64,000 nucleotides of DNA from an uncultured bacterium (GCA_963977015.1 CAXBMO010000023.1:1-64000), one strand, 5' to 3'; shown: positions 38,601-48,400, counted from the first letter of the stretch. Made by a program: numbers and translations. The notes: generated by a model not told the origin, from the letters alone.

Positions 38601-41600
38601 CATCAATCTGAACGATGGATCTGCCCCTCATAATCGGTTCGCGGTGGAGGCCGACGCAACCCTGTTAGTCAATGGGCTCATCACTGCTGGTTCAGGGTTT
38701 AACCAAATCTCAGGCAATTCGGCTTCAGAACTGATCTTGACGAACGCATCGAACGCGATCGGCGGGACGATCAATATAGAAGCTGATGGCAGACTTGTGG
38801 TGAGAAATAGTGGTGCTGCAGGGACTGCCGAGATTCGCATTGATGCCTTGAATGCGACTTTGGTTTTGGGGGATGGGGTGGACCTTGCGAATACCGTTGA
38901 GTTTGGCCAAGATGAGACCACCAAATTTATCAGGCTCGAAGATGGGGCGACATCCGCGACGATTTCCGGCACCTTCCAGATCTTCGAAAGCAATGTGAAT
39001 TCGAACCGAATCGTCTTGGAAACAGGGCAAACCCTGGAGATTTCGGGTCCCGTCACACGAGTCAACAGCGGCCGCGTTTTGAATTTGTTCGGCGATGGGA
39101 CTCTCATCCTTAGCAATTCATCGATTGCGATTAATGAGGAAATTGATGTGAGATCTGGGACGTTGATCCTGAATGGAACCCAATTGGACTTCGGGCTAAC
39201 GGTTTATGTGCGAACAGGTGCAACCCTGGGTGGAACCGGCTCCATTCAAGGCACCGGATCGAACGGAAACGCGACGATTTTAGGGACATTACTGGGTGAC
39301 ACGACCGCTCTGGACGGGACGGGAACCCTGACCATCAACACGGGAGCTACGCTCGATTTAACCAGCGCCGACGTTTCTTCGGATGCTGCCAGCTACAGCC
39401 TGGCGACATTCTCCAGTGTCGTCGGAACGTTTGATAACGTTGTCGGACTTCCCAGCGGTTATGAAGTGGAATACACCGCCACGGGCGTCAATCTTGTGAA
39501 GAGCAACCAGGCTCCAACCATTACCAGTTCCGACACCGTCAACTTTGCCGAGAACGGCGTGGGAACGGTTATTGATGTCCAGTCCACCGATACCGAAGGT
39601 TCCACTGAGGGAGCGGGATTGACCTATACGATTTCCGGCGGCGCGGATTCGGCTCGTTTCGATATCGATGCCAACACCGGCGTGTTGACCTTCAAGAGCG
39701 CACCGGATTTTGAGGCTCCGTCCGATGCGAATACCGACAATGATTACCTGGTCCAGATCACGGTGACCGATGACGGTGGTTTGACCGATGTGCAGGATCT
39801 CACGGTTTCAGTGACCAATCTTGACGAGGCTCCAAGTATCACCAGTGGCGCCACCGCCAACTTTGCCGAGAATGGAACGGGCACGGTCATAGACGTCGAA
39901 TCAACCGATCCGGAAGGCTCAACCGAAGGATCTGGACTGACTTACTCGATTTCCGGCGGTGCCGATTCGGCTCTCTTCGGCATCGACGCCAACACTGGCG
40001 AGTTGACCTTCAACAGCGCACCGGATTTTGAGGTTCCGGCAGATTCCGGCTCCGACAATGTCTACAACGTTCAGGTTCAGGTTTCGGACGGCACGAACGA
40101 CGTCACTCAGGACATCGCGGTGACGGTTACGAATGTTGACGAAGCTCCGAGCATCACCAGTGGCGCCACCGCCAACTTTGCGGAGAATGGCACGGGCACG
40201 GTCATTGATGTTCAGTCCACCGATCCGGAAGGCTCAACCGAAGGATCTGGATTGACTTACTCGATTTCCGGCGGTGCCGATTCGGCTCTCTTTGGCATCG
40301 ACGCCAATACCGGCGAACTGACCTTCAACAGCGCACCGGATTTTGAGGTTCCGGCAGATTCCGGCTCCGACAATGTCTACAACGTTCAGGTTCAGGTTTC
40401 GGACGGCACGAACGACGTCACTCAGGACATGGCGGTGACGGTCACGAATGTCAACGAAGCTCCGGTGAACACGGTGCCGGGCGCCCAAAGCGTCAATGAA
40501 GATACCGCCTTGGCGATCGGCGGCGTGAGCGTGAATGATGTGGATGGCAATCTGGCTGCCATGCAGGTATCGGTGACCAATGGAACGTTGAGCGTGACCT
40601 TGAGCGGAGCTGCCACGATCAGCGCGGGAGCCAACAACAGTGCTACGGTTACGATCAGTGGTAGTGAAACGGACATCAACGCGACTCTGGCGAGCCTGAG
40701 CTACCAAGGTAACTTGGACTTTGCGGGCAACGACACCCTCAGCCTAGTTTCTACCGACAGTGGCGGGACTCCGCTGAGCGACACCGACGCGGTGGCGATT
40801 ACGGTGAACCCAGTCAATGATGCACCAGTGCTCACGGGGGACCTGGTAGCAAATATCCAGGGTGGTTCCACCTACACCATCTCGGCGTCCGATCTGGGCT
40901 ATTCCGATCCGGACGATATCGATGCGGGGGTGACTTTCACCGCGGGCAGTGCGGTAAACGGCAAAATCCAGGTTGGTGGCGTCGATGCCAATAGCTTCAC
41001 TGGCACGCAACTGGCTGCGGGAGATGTCACCTTTGTTCACGACGGAACTCAGGCAAACAGCGCCTCGTTTACAGTCAATGTTGAAGACGGAAACGAAGAC
41101 GGCAGCCCGCCAACCAACAGCACTTTCAACTTTGTGGTGACTCCGGCTTCGTCCGTTGTTTTGGCTGGCTATGATTTCACGACGGATAACACGGCGACGA
41201 CGGCAGATGGAGTCAGCGCCTCCGCCGTTACCGGGGCTGGAGGATTCTCCAATGCCGGTGTTGTCGGATCAATTGGCGACACGACTCAGGAGGCTGCCAG
41301 TGGAACACCCTTTGGCTCTTCCTCGACCGGAAGTTATGGCGACACCAATGATGGAATTGATGGCAACAATCTCGCTCAAGCCATTACTGGTCAGGACTAC
41401 ATCACTGTCACCATCACTGCGGAGTCTGGAAACACCCTCACCGTGACGGGATTTTCCGTCGATACGGCTCGCGCTGGTGGCAGGTCTCCGGAAAGCTACA
41501 ACATTCTGGCGCAGGTGAATGGCGGCACGACATGGGATGCTTCAGGTGCCTTGACGACAAACCAGGAAACCTTGATCTCTCAAGCGACCACGGACTGGCA

Positions 41601-42696
41601 TGACACCTTTATCGATCTATCCGGGGATCCTACGTTCCAGGAGATACAGTCGGTCGAGTTCCGGATCTATTTCTGGGGCGCTAGCGGATCTACCAACAGT
41701 TCGCGAATCAACATTGACCAGTTGGTGGTTGAAGGAACGGTCAATCCGATCAACACCGGCGGTGAAACGACAACTTCGCCGACTGTGGTGAAGACCGAGA
41801 CCGATGCAGGGACGGTTACCGGCTCTCAAAACGTGGCGAAGGCGTTGGACCCGCAAGGTGCCGTGGGTAACGCGTTGAGCGCGCTAGATTCATTGGTTTC
41901 GCTCTTCAACTCCTTCCAGTCCAACGCGGGTGATTTCTCGGGGCGCGCCAACCAGGTTTCGTCCGGAATTTTCATCTTCAGCATCACACCGCTCTTCGCT
42001 GACGACGGAACCCTCCAGGACGGATTCGTGAGTCTCGGGTTTACGGGGACCTCTCAATCCGGCAACGAAATATCGATCACAGGGCAATTCAACCCGCTAT
42101 CCACGGTCAACAATGGCTTCAATTTCCAGGGACTCGACGGCACTCCGATGACGGTGGTGGAAGTTTATCAGGCATTGCTCCGTCCGGTGTATAATGAAGA
42201 ATATGCGTTTGGCGGACCGCTGGAAGGTGATGACGAAGAACGAGATCGCTACACCTACGTCCCGACCGCTTCGGAAACTGAAGAGGTTCTGGCTGCCACC
42301 GAAGCGAATCCGGAATCGCAAACAGACTTCAGCAATCTCCTCGACGCAGTTCAGTCGACAGAAGCATCCTCGATTTTTGCAGGAGTGCAGGTTGGCGAGA
42401 CGTTCGAGGATTTGGTTCCCGTGTTGGCCGGCTCAGGCATCCCTGGAGAGGAGTTGATCCTTCGTGTGAACGGCAACCGGTATCACGTAATCGTGGATGA
42501 GCATGGAAATTGGATGAATCTCTTTCCTGACGAGAAACTTCCTCCGGGTTCGCGGGTTGAAGTTGCGTCGGCCCACGCCTCCGAAGGCGCAAGGGTCTAT
42601 GAAGTCGATTCCTTTGACACCGAAAACGTGTTGGAACAGGACGGCGATGTGAAATCCGGCGACATGCTGGGACAGATCGTTGACGCGGTATCCTGA
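35692..42696 (+). CDS. Giant (2334 aa) LEPR-XLL surface protein: metzincin-like domain, VCBS/Ig repeat, autotransporter-associated beta-strand region, cadherin-like repeats, duplicated beta-sandwich domain
   Basis: FETLEARVLYS; HEQGHILGLAD..LMSG; GTYGSLRIGADGSWTYTVD; LSGANTYAGGTTL; three APxITS...APDFE repeats; no PEP-CTERM or beta-barrel at the C-terminus. Confidence 0.85.
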   Translation: MTNQPESPKKKRSLLTRLFGQNEIDAASGNGKRKLMFETLEARVLYSAAPVDGGVEAEAPESSPAAEAEHVATVTPTDPNAETQQSAEGTLTPEPVRDEEGVDQVFASPDEIPTDSSAEVADAPADDSVLTSEDLSPLIEEAIARWTETGLTEEQAAALLNVTYEVVDLESNALGVTDGFVIRIDDDAAGSGWFLDETPTLDEEFQFVSGTETQMVAEMDSLAEDRFDLLTVLMHEQGHILGLADATSDQFANLMSGILEAGERLTPAEAQAEGATAGSLEGERFALTTSTISGGTLSIVGDGADDAVILQLNGANYEISTDGGANFTTVTSDGSPVANISIDLGGGNDSVIIDSDIDVTGTVTITSTLITLNGEVASDGDQDYSGRVRLGANGSIDAGGTLTTSSTPSRVLVGYDFDNGGSTLDEQRAATVTDANVSASLFDTGAGLITRVDSSANSASGANDAEGFAFGTANDFSFGGAQSNFGFADQGNGDNLDSGTRNAVAQDDYMTFSVTPAPGNQMNLTSFSFLTRVNTTGNSAERWALFASTDGFATAPATGNAIAIGQTTTVTTFVSNVVDLSAAEFQGITSEIEFRLYIYGGNNSSSSATQFDKVILNGNTSSLNNAPVATNDTATVTEAGGYQNNIAGSDASGNVITDATADSDADAGDTLSITEIDSNPVAANTTSVDGTLVAGTYGSLRIGADGSWTYTVDQSDADTEALATGDSPTEVFTYTLSDGTDTATATLTVTVNGADDAVSGILYVDGSWSGLNAGDRIEDADAGTTGDQLAFFNGNAFATIGDAIANAGTGDTIVVNAGTYDETVVLNDGKTLEITGPNVDQAVTVTELSSDVGTTITIEGGSTLTFANTTEQTIAGTVEGSGSLVASNTANLFLSGANTYAGGTTLTDGSQLTASNTSALGSGTATLTGTGVSLIFGVDGTFANAIETLDNGDDKSITAASGTNVVLTGDINLNDGSAPHNRFAVEADATLLVNGLITAGSGFNQISGNSASELILTNASNAIGGTINIEADGRLVVRNSGAAGTAEIRIDALNATLVLGDGVDLANTVEFGQDETTKFIRLEDGATSATISGTFQIFESNVNSNRIVLETGQTLEISGPVTRVNSGRVLNLFGDGTLILSNSSIAINEEIDVRSGTLILNGTQLDFGLTVYVRTGATLGGTGSIQGTGSNGNATILGTLLGDTTALDGTGTLTINTGATLDLTSADVSSDAASYSLATFSSVVGTFDNVVGLPSGYEVEYTATGVNLVKSNQAPTITSSDTVNFAENGVGTVIDVQSTDTEGSTEGAGLTYTISGGADSARFDIDANTGVLTFKSAPDFEAPSDANTDNDYLVQITVTDDGGLTDVQDLTVSVTNLDEAPSITSGATANFAENGTGTVIDVESTDPEGSTEGSGLTYSISGGADSALFGIDANTGELTFNSAPDFEVPADSGSDNVYNVQVQVSDGTNDVTQDIAVTVTNVDEAPSITSGATANFAENGTGTVIDVQSTDPEGSTEGSGLTYSISGGADSALFGIDANTGELTFNSAPDFEVPADSGSDNVYNVQVQVSDGTNDVTQDMAVTVTNVNEAPVNTVPGAQSVNEDTALAIGGVSVNDVDGNLAAMQVSVTNGTLSVTLSGAATISAGANNSATVTISGSETDINATLASLSYQGNLDFAGNDTLSLVSTDSGGTPLSDTDAVAITVNPVNDAPVLTGDLVANIQGGSTYTISASDLGYSDPDDIDAGVTFTAGSAVNGKIQVGGVDANSFTGTQLAAGDVTFVHDGTQANSASFTVNVEDGNEDGSPPTNSTFNFVVTPASSVVLAGYDFTTDNTATTADGVSASAVTGAGGFSNAGVVGSIGDTTQEAASGTPFGSSSTGSYGDTNDGIDGNNLAQAITGQDYITVTITAESGNTLTVTGFSVDTARAGGRSPESYNILAQVNGGTTWDASGALTTNQETLISQATTDWHDTFIDLSGDPTFQEIQSVEFRIYFWGASGSTNSSRINIDQLVVEGTVNPINTGGETTTSPTVVKTETDAGTVTGSQNVAKALDPQGAVGNALSALDSLVSLFNSFQSNAGDFSGRANQVSSGIFIFSITPLFADDGTLQDGFVSLGFTGTSQSGNEISITGQFNPLSTVNNGFNFQGLDGTPMTVVEVYQALLRPVYNEEYAFGGPLEGDDEERDRYTYVPTASETEEVLAATEANPESQTDFSNLLDAVQSTEASSIFAGVQVGETFEDLVPVLAGSGIPGEELILRVNGNRYHVIVDEHGNWMNLFPDEKLPPGSRVEVASAHASEGARVYEVDSFDTENVLEQDGDVKSGDMLGQIVDAVS
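39505..40452 (+). repeat. Three tandem cadherin-like repeats (318, 315 and 315 bp)
   Basis: Units start at 39505, 39823 and 40138. Units 2 and 3 are nearly identical at DNA level. Confidence 0.92.
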
Positions 42697-42998
42697 GTTA
42701 CTGCCCGCCCATTTCCCGGCGCAACCTGATTGGCACCCAAGGGTTCCAGTTGTGGACCTCTGCATTGCGTGTGAATCGGCCAATGAACCATTTTGCCAAG
42801 ATGAAAGATGAACCCGGCGTTTACCCGCAAAGTCGCAGTTGCGAACGTTTCGCCACGCTGAAATCCAGCGGTCAGCCGACGGATCGGGCTCTGTGGAAGA
42901 AGGTGACATCAAAGGCTGGAGTCTGTTCTCCACCAGTTGGGAAGAGAAAACGCTGGATTTTGGAAGATTGTATTTATTTTGTATTTACCGACATTGTG

Positions 42999-43058
42999 AA
43001 TCCAGATGTGGATTTTGACTATGGAAGAACCCCGCTTGCGCCTGTTAGCATTCATGCA
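42999..43058 (+). promoter_or_regulatory. Shared promoter/operator module (copy before the pilin-like cassette)
   Basis: AATCCAGATGTGGATTTTGACTATGGAAG; TGGAAG-N18-TAGCAT with an extended TGn; A of an ATG at the predicted +1 (43058); AT-rich TTGTATTTA direct repeat just upstream. Confidence 0.75.
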
Positions 43059-43165
43059 TGAACGGAGGAATTTACGCCCTTTATCAAGAACGAAGCATCG
43101 AACTCCGTTGCTGTGAATCGATTGATTCAGTGGGGCCACAAAGTCAGGCTCGATCCTAATGCCAA

Positions 43166-43867
43166 ATGGAATTTAAGAATCAGCAACCAATCTCCAACCG
43201 GGACTTTCGGAAAGCCGGCCGTGGCTTTTCGTTGGTCGAGATGTTGGTGGTCGTTGCGGTGATTGGCATGTTGCTGGCGTTGAGCGCGCCCTCGATTCTG
43301 ACGCTGACGTCGACTTCGCTCACTACCGGCGCATGGCAGCTGAACGGGTATTTGAACCTGGCCCGGGCCGAGGCGATTCGCGATGGACGGGTGGTCCGGG
43401 TGGCCTTGGTTCGCAACTGGGACAACGAACAGCACTCCGCACTGCGAAAGTTGAGCACCTGGAAGTGGGATGACGAGGCGGAAGTGTTCGTGCAGAGTGG
43501 CGGATGGGAGATCCTGCCGGAGGGAGTGGTGATCGAGCCGGAATTTCCGGACTACGTGCGAAGCGCGGACTATGCCAAAGATGACGCGACCACGGTGCAG
43601 GCGCAGTTTCCGGAGCGGGACGAAACCTTGAGTATCTCCGGCGACACCGTGGAGGTGACCACGCTGGACTTCCTGCCAAACGGGCGAGTCCGGGAGTCAG
43701 GGGAGATTCCCAAGCGGATGATCGGTTTTGTCATGACGCTGGGCTACGTTGACGAACAGGGAAACGTGGTCCGGACCGCGTCCCGGGATGACTCGGGCCA
43801 ACCGGCCAACTGGGCGCAGGTGAACGTCGATACCCTAACCGGGAGGATTCAGGTTCACCGGCCATGA
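43166..43867 (+). CDS. Verru_Chthon cassette protein D (GspH/FimT-like minor pilin)
   Basis: Prepilin motif G|FSLVEMLVVVAVIG; LNLARAEAI; C-terminal NWAQVNVDTLTGRIQVHRP. Confidence 0.85.
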   Translation: MEFKNQQPISNRDFRKAGRGFSLVEMLVVVAVIGMLLALSAPSILTLTSTSLTTGAWQLNGYLNLARAEAIRDGRVVRVALVRNWDNEQHSALRKLSTWKWDDEAEVFVQSGGWEILPEGVVIEPEFPDYVRSADYAKDDATTVQAQFPERDETLSISGDTVEVTTLDFLPNGRVRESGEIPKRMIGFVMTLGYVDEQGNVVRTASRDDSGQPANWAQVNVDTLTGRIQVHRP

Positions 43868-44376
43868 AGCGGCGCGCCTTTTCCCTCATCGAAGTGACGG
43901 TCGCGATCGCGTTGGCGGCGGTCTTGATCACTGCGGTCCTCGCCATCCTGCCCCAGGGGATGCAGGCGGCGCGCAATGCCGAGATTCGCACGCTGGCCGG
44001 GATGATTCTGGAAGACGTCCGCGATCGGCTGGAGGGGCAGAGCCTGGAGGAAGGGGTTCCGCCGATTTCGCCGCTGTTTTACGACGAGAGCGGCCGGATC
44101 GTGGAAAGCGATGCGGCCGAAGACCGCCACGCAGAACGATTTTACCGGGTCGACCTGCAGATCGTAAAACCGGCGGGCGAGCAACTGCCGACCAATGCCG
44201 GAGGGCTGATGGCAGCGATGGTGGAGTTGGGGTGGCCGGTCGATGAAGCATCGGCGGAAGGCGAATTGTTGGGGGAGCGCCCGTCAACGCTGACGCAGAC
44301 CTTTCTCGTTACCACGCTGACGGGACCGGATTGGGAGGAAATCGACGCCAACTACGAACCCAAAATCGAGTTCTAA
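43864..44376 (+). CDS. Verru_Chthon cassette protein B (GspI/PilV-like)
   Basis: A|FSLIEVTVAIAL...LPQGM; FYDESG; ATGA overlap with D. Confidence 0.85.
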   Translation: MKRRAFSLIEVTVAIALAAVLITAVLAILPQGMQAARNAEIRTLAGMILEDVRDRLEGQSLEEGVPPISPLFYDESGRIVESDAAEDRHAERFYRVDLQIVKPAGEQLPTNAGGLMAAMVELGWPVDEASAEGELLGERPSTLTQTFLVTTLTGPDWEEIDANYEPKIEF

Positions 44377-45473
44377 TGTTGAGGGCGAAGCGACAGATCA
44401 CGAACGCAAAACGGGTTTCCCGCCCGTTTGGCAAAGACTCCCGCCAGCCGGACGTGCGCATCGACTGCGGGAATGGAGCGGAGACCCATTTTACCAGGAT
44501 TTCTCGAGCGGGTTTTTCGCTGTTGGAAGTGCTCATCTCCATGACCCTGCTTTCGGCCCTTGTCCTTGCCCTCGCCGGAATGCTGGACCCCGTTCTCAAA
44601 ACCTGGAGCAATGGTGAAAAGCGGGTTGCCCGGTTTCAGGGCGCGCGGGCCGCGTTGGAGCTGATCACCCGGGAAGTGACTCCGGCGGTCGTCGACACCC
44701 GCATGCAGTTCGTGGTCATGCCCGCGGAGTTGCTGGGGGACGTTGGAGCCCGGCATGTCGCGGCCAACTCGCCGGCGATGCTCTGGATGGCGCCGCTCGG
44801 CGAGCGGAATCGGCTGTATTGCGTTGGCTATTATTTGAGCCGGGATCCCGACGCGAAGCGCTATCGATTGAAGCGCTTGTTTGTTTCGCCGAATGATCCG
44901 AACGGATATCATCCCAAAACGGTGAACGAGTCCGAGATTCGCGGTGAGGATGTGCACACCAGTCCGGTCGATGCGAGCTGGTTCACGAACAACTGGGACG
45001 AGACCGCCTTTGACGACGAAGACCCGCAGAATGAGGATGTGGTGGTGGCGACCGTGGCGGATGGGGTGATCGCCTTTTGGATTCAATGCTACGATTTGCT
45101 GGGCAACCCGATTCCCTGGATGTCGGCCTCCGACGTTCATCCGGAGTCGGAACTGATCTTCAACTCGGCCGGGTATTTCTCGATGGCCACCAGTGTGCCG
45201 TTCGAGGACGAGACGAGCTTTCGTTACATGACCGATCACGAGATGGTGATGAAGGCGCTCCGGGTGCCGGCTGAACTGGAAATCCGGATATATACGATCG
45301 ATCGCACCCAACTGCTGCGGGACATCGAGATCCCGGAAATGCCGGTCATCATGGACGGTGACGTGCTGGATTTGGAGGCGTCTGCTCTCGAATTTGAGCG
45401 GCGGCTGGAGGAAAACGGGGTGGAACAACCGCAGGCGTTTTCAACCCGCGTGAAACTTCTGAATGGAAGCTAA
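44376..45473 (+). CDS. Verru_Chthon cassette protein C (GspJ/PilW-like)
   Basis: G|FSLLEVLISMTLL; FQGARAALELITRE; VGYY; start set at ATG 44376, overlapping the stop of B. Confidence 0.85.
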   Translation: MLRAKRQITNAKRVSRPFGKDSRQPDVRIDCGNGAETHFTRISRAGFSLLEVLISMTLLSALVLALAGMLDPVLKTWSNGEKRVARFQGARAALELITREVTPAVVDTRMQFVVMPAELLGDVGARHVAANSPAMLWMAPLGERNRLYCVGYYLSRDPDAKRYRLKRLFVSPNDPNGYHPKTVNESEIRGEDVHTSPVDASWFTNNWDETAFDDEDPQNEDVVVATVADGVIAFWIQCYDLLGNPIPWMSASDVHPESELIFNSAGYFSMATSVPFEDETSFRYMTDHEMVMKALRVPAELEIRIYTIDRTQLLRDIEIPEMPVIMDGDVLDLEASALEFERRLEENGVEQPQAFSTRVKLLNGS

Positions 45474-45481
45474 GCCAACAG

Positions 45482-48400
45482 ATGAATGTCCTGAATCCAG
45501 AACCTATTCGCTCCAAACCACGCGGTGTGGCGCTGCTGACCACGCTGGTGCTCGCCAGCATGATGGCGATGATCGTCATCGCGTTTCTTGTGAGCATGAG
45601 GCTGGAACTGGGATCCGCAGCGGCGTATGAGCAAACCCAGAGCGCCAAAGTGCTTTCGCAAAGCGCGCTTTCCCACGGCATCGAATTGCTCCGGACGAAC
45701 ATTCCCGAACCAGCCCGGATCAGCGAAGCCACCAGCGAAGCGGATGCCGAACTTTGGGTGACGAATCCGGGCCGCCTGACCATCATCCAGGGAAACGGCG
45801 AACCTCGTTACGTCGATCTCCACACCGGTGCGGTCACGGAGGATCCGGGGAACGGAGCGGAAAGGGATCTGGATTCGGTCGATCTGAACCGGCCCTTGGC
45901 GGGAGAGGAATTCCCGCCGATCACGGTGGCGTTGGATGAGCGCGGGATGCCTGATCCGGACGCGGAACGACCGGAAATGCGGGTGCGCTGGCACAATGTG
46001 CTGCGCGACCCCTCGCAGGCGGCTGCGAAGGAGAATCCAATCGTGGGCCGTTACGCGTTCTGGATGGATGATGAAAGCGGGAAGCTGAACTTCAACGTCG
46101 CCGGCGGCAAGACCGCTCTCGGCGAGGAGGACAACGAGGGGTTTCACGAGCAGCTCGCCACCGGGATGATGCCGCCGCTCTTCAACCTGGGGAGCGACCG
46201 GATCTTGTATCAACAAGCTGGTCAGAGACGAGCCTGGGCGCTCGGACGACCCCGTTCGGTCAACCTCGACGTGTTGGCCGATGATCCCAGCGAACTGGAT
46301 GTCGAGGGTTTGCTCGAACAGGCCTGGCTCAACGGATTCAGCCGTTACCCGGAGGCGATCATGGATTTCGTCCAGACCAGCGATCCCGTGGAGTGGTATC
46401 ACCTCCGGAAATACAACCTGACGTTTTACAGCCGGAGCCCGGAGTTCAACGTGTTTGGAAGATCGCGTTTTTTTACGACGAAGATTCCGCTCTCGCTGGA
46501 AGGAGGACCGAACTATCAGCTTCCCTTTGTCTACGGCAGCAACCTGGAGCGACCGGAGGACGGCCCCTTGCATCTGCATGCGTTGATGAGCCTGGGGCTC
46601 GCAAAAGACGTCGAAGATGAAGACAAATCCGACGTCGAGCTTCGCGCCCACAACGTCGTCAACCAAGGCCAGGTGGAGATGCTGATGGGCTATATGCGGA
46701 GGAAATGGCCGGGCTACAGCCAGAGTTTTGTGGATAAGTACGGGGAAAAGGAATGCTACCAAATGGCGCTCAGCATTGTGCTTTGGCCGCGGATCGCTCT
46801 GGACGAAAGTATCCACAGTAACCAGAACGCCTACCTCCAGCGAACGACCAGCGCTGTTTATGCACCACCGATCGAAGAGAGACCGGGTGCCTATCCGGAA
46901 CGGCATTTCTGGCGGTTCAACGTGGGCGGGGAGGAAGTGCTCATGCTCCCGCAGCAGCCGGGGCCGCACATCACGGAGGTCAGGCTGAAATTCGAGCTGG
47001 AGGATGCCGGAACTCCCGAAACGTATCGTGTGAAATTCAAGTACGAATCGGAGTACTACATGCATCCATTCGGAACGCAGACTCAGCTCAATAAATTCCC
47101 GATGAAGGTCGATTACCTGAAGATCGAACCCGAGGGAGAGAGTGCCTGGGAGGTCGGGACGACCGATCCGGATAGCACTGACCTGGACCGCAGTTGGTAT
47201 CAGCAAAACAAAAATGAGCCCTATTCGGACTCCGATTGGAATACGAGGCTCAACCGGCTTGCGGCAAGTGGCGGGACGACCTGGCTCGGTCCCTCGAACA
47301 CTGCCTCCAATAACCGAAGCAACCGTCGTGTGGTGGGTTCGACAGCCCGTTACGTGGGGAAGACCGACGCCGTTGTCCCCGCCAATGCCAGCGACGCTCG
47401 GGAGTTTAATCTCAGTGGTGGAGAGTTGAGTTTGGATTTCAAGATCCGTCTCGGGATGACGACTTCCAGCAACCCGCTGCGGCCCCGCCAGATGATCCCG
47501 ATGGGGGACACGGACAGGGATGAGCACGTCCTGGACGGCACCGTCGAATTGAGCGAGTTCGAACGCGAGAAGTATGTGACGTTCTACATCCAGGATCCGC
47601 GGCTTAGCGCGTTGAAGGATGCTTGGGTCCGTCTGGACGACGACGAGGGAACCCTTGGACAGGCAAACCCGGGTGAACCGCTGGAACAGTCCTCGGAGAA
47701 GAGCAAATTCCGCTTCTACTCGTGCGGCCGGGGAAGCATCAAATCCGTGATAAGTGAGGATCGCAATTTTCCTCTGCACCTGGGGTCCTACGGGAATGAA
47801 TTCGCCTCGAACAGCCCGGTTTCGTCGATCGGCTTCTGGTCGATGCTCCACACCGGCATTCAATCCAATGCGCCCTGGCGCACCCTCAACCTCGGTCCCA
47901 CCTCGACCCAGATTTCCGACAATCCGCCGGACGCCGTGTTGCTCGACTTGTTCGGCTCGACCTATCCCATGCAGAATGAGCAGTGGGAGATCGACGCCAC
48001 CTTGCCGGACGAATTCTCCACCGTGTCCTTCATGAACAGCACCGCCGGCCAGGTCAACCTGAACACACGGGTTTACCCCCAGAGTCCCTGGTTTCAGGCG
48101 CCGGAACGCAAGAAACCGCTCGAAGCCGTCTTCAAACACCTGCGGCCGGACGAGGACGTGGACGAGTTGGTCGACAACATCATCGAGAACCAGACCGACG
48201 AACGATTCTTCCGCTACGTCGGGGAGTTGGCTGAGATCGATGGTTATGAGCGGAGCGATGCCTACCCGGGTTACCCGGGCGACGACGAGGAAGAGGAGAA
48301 AAGCGACGAACCGACCCGATTCGAAAAAGAGGAGCTCCTTCGAAACATGGCCGGATGCCTCACCACCAAATCGAACACCTTCAGCCTCTGGGGCGTGGCC

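Noticed and set aside
38203-40546. ATGTGGAT cores inside the giant gene
   Set aside because: They are in coding sequence and lack both the left arm and the third half-site.
3222-43030. Shared motif as a CRISPR repeat or REP element
   Set aside because: The copies are dispersed, single, oriented to genes and at fixed distance from -10 boxes; there is no array and no cas gene.
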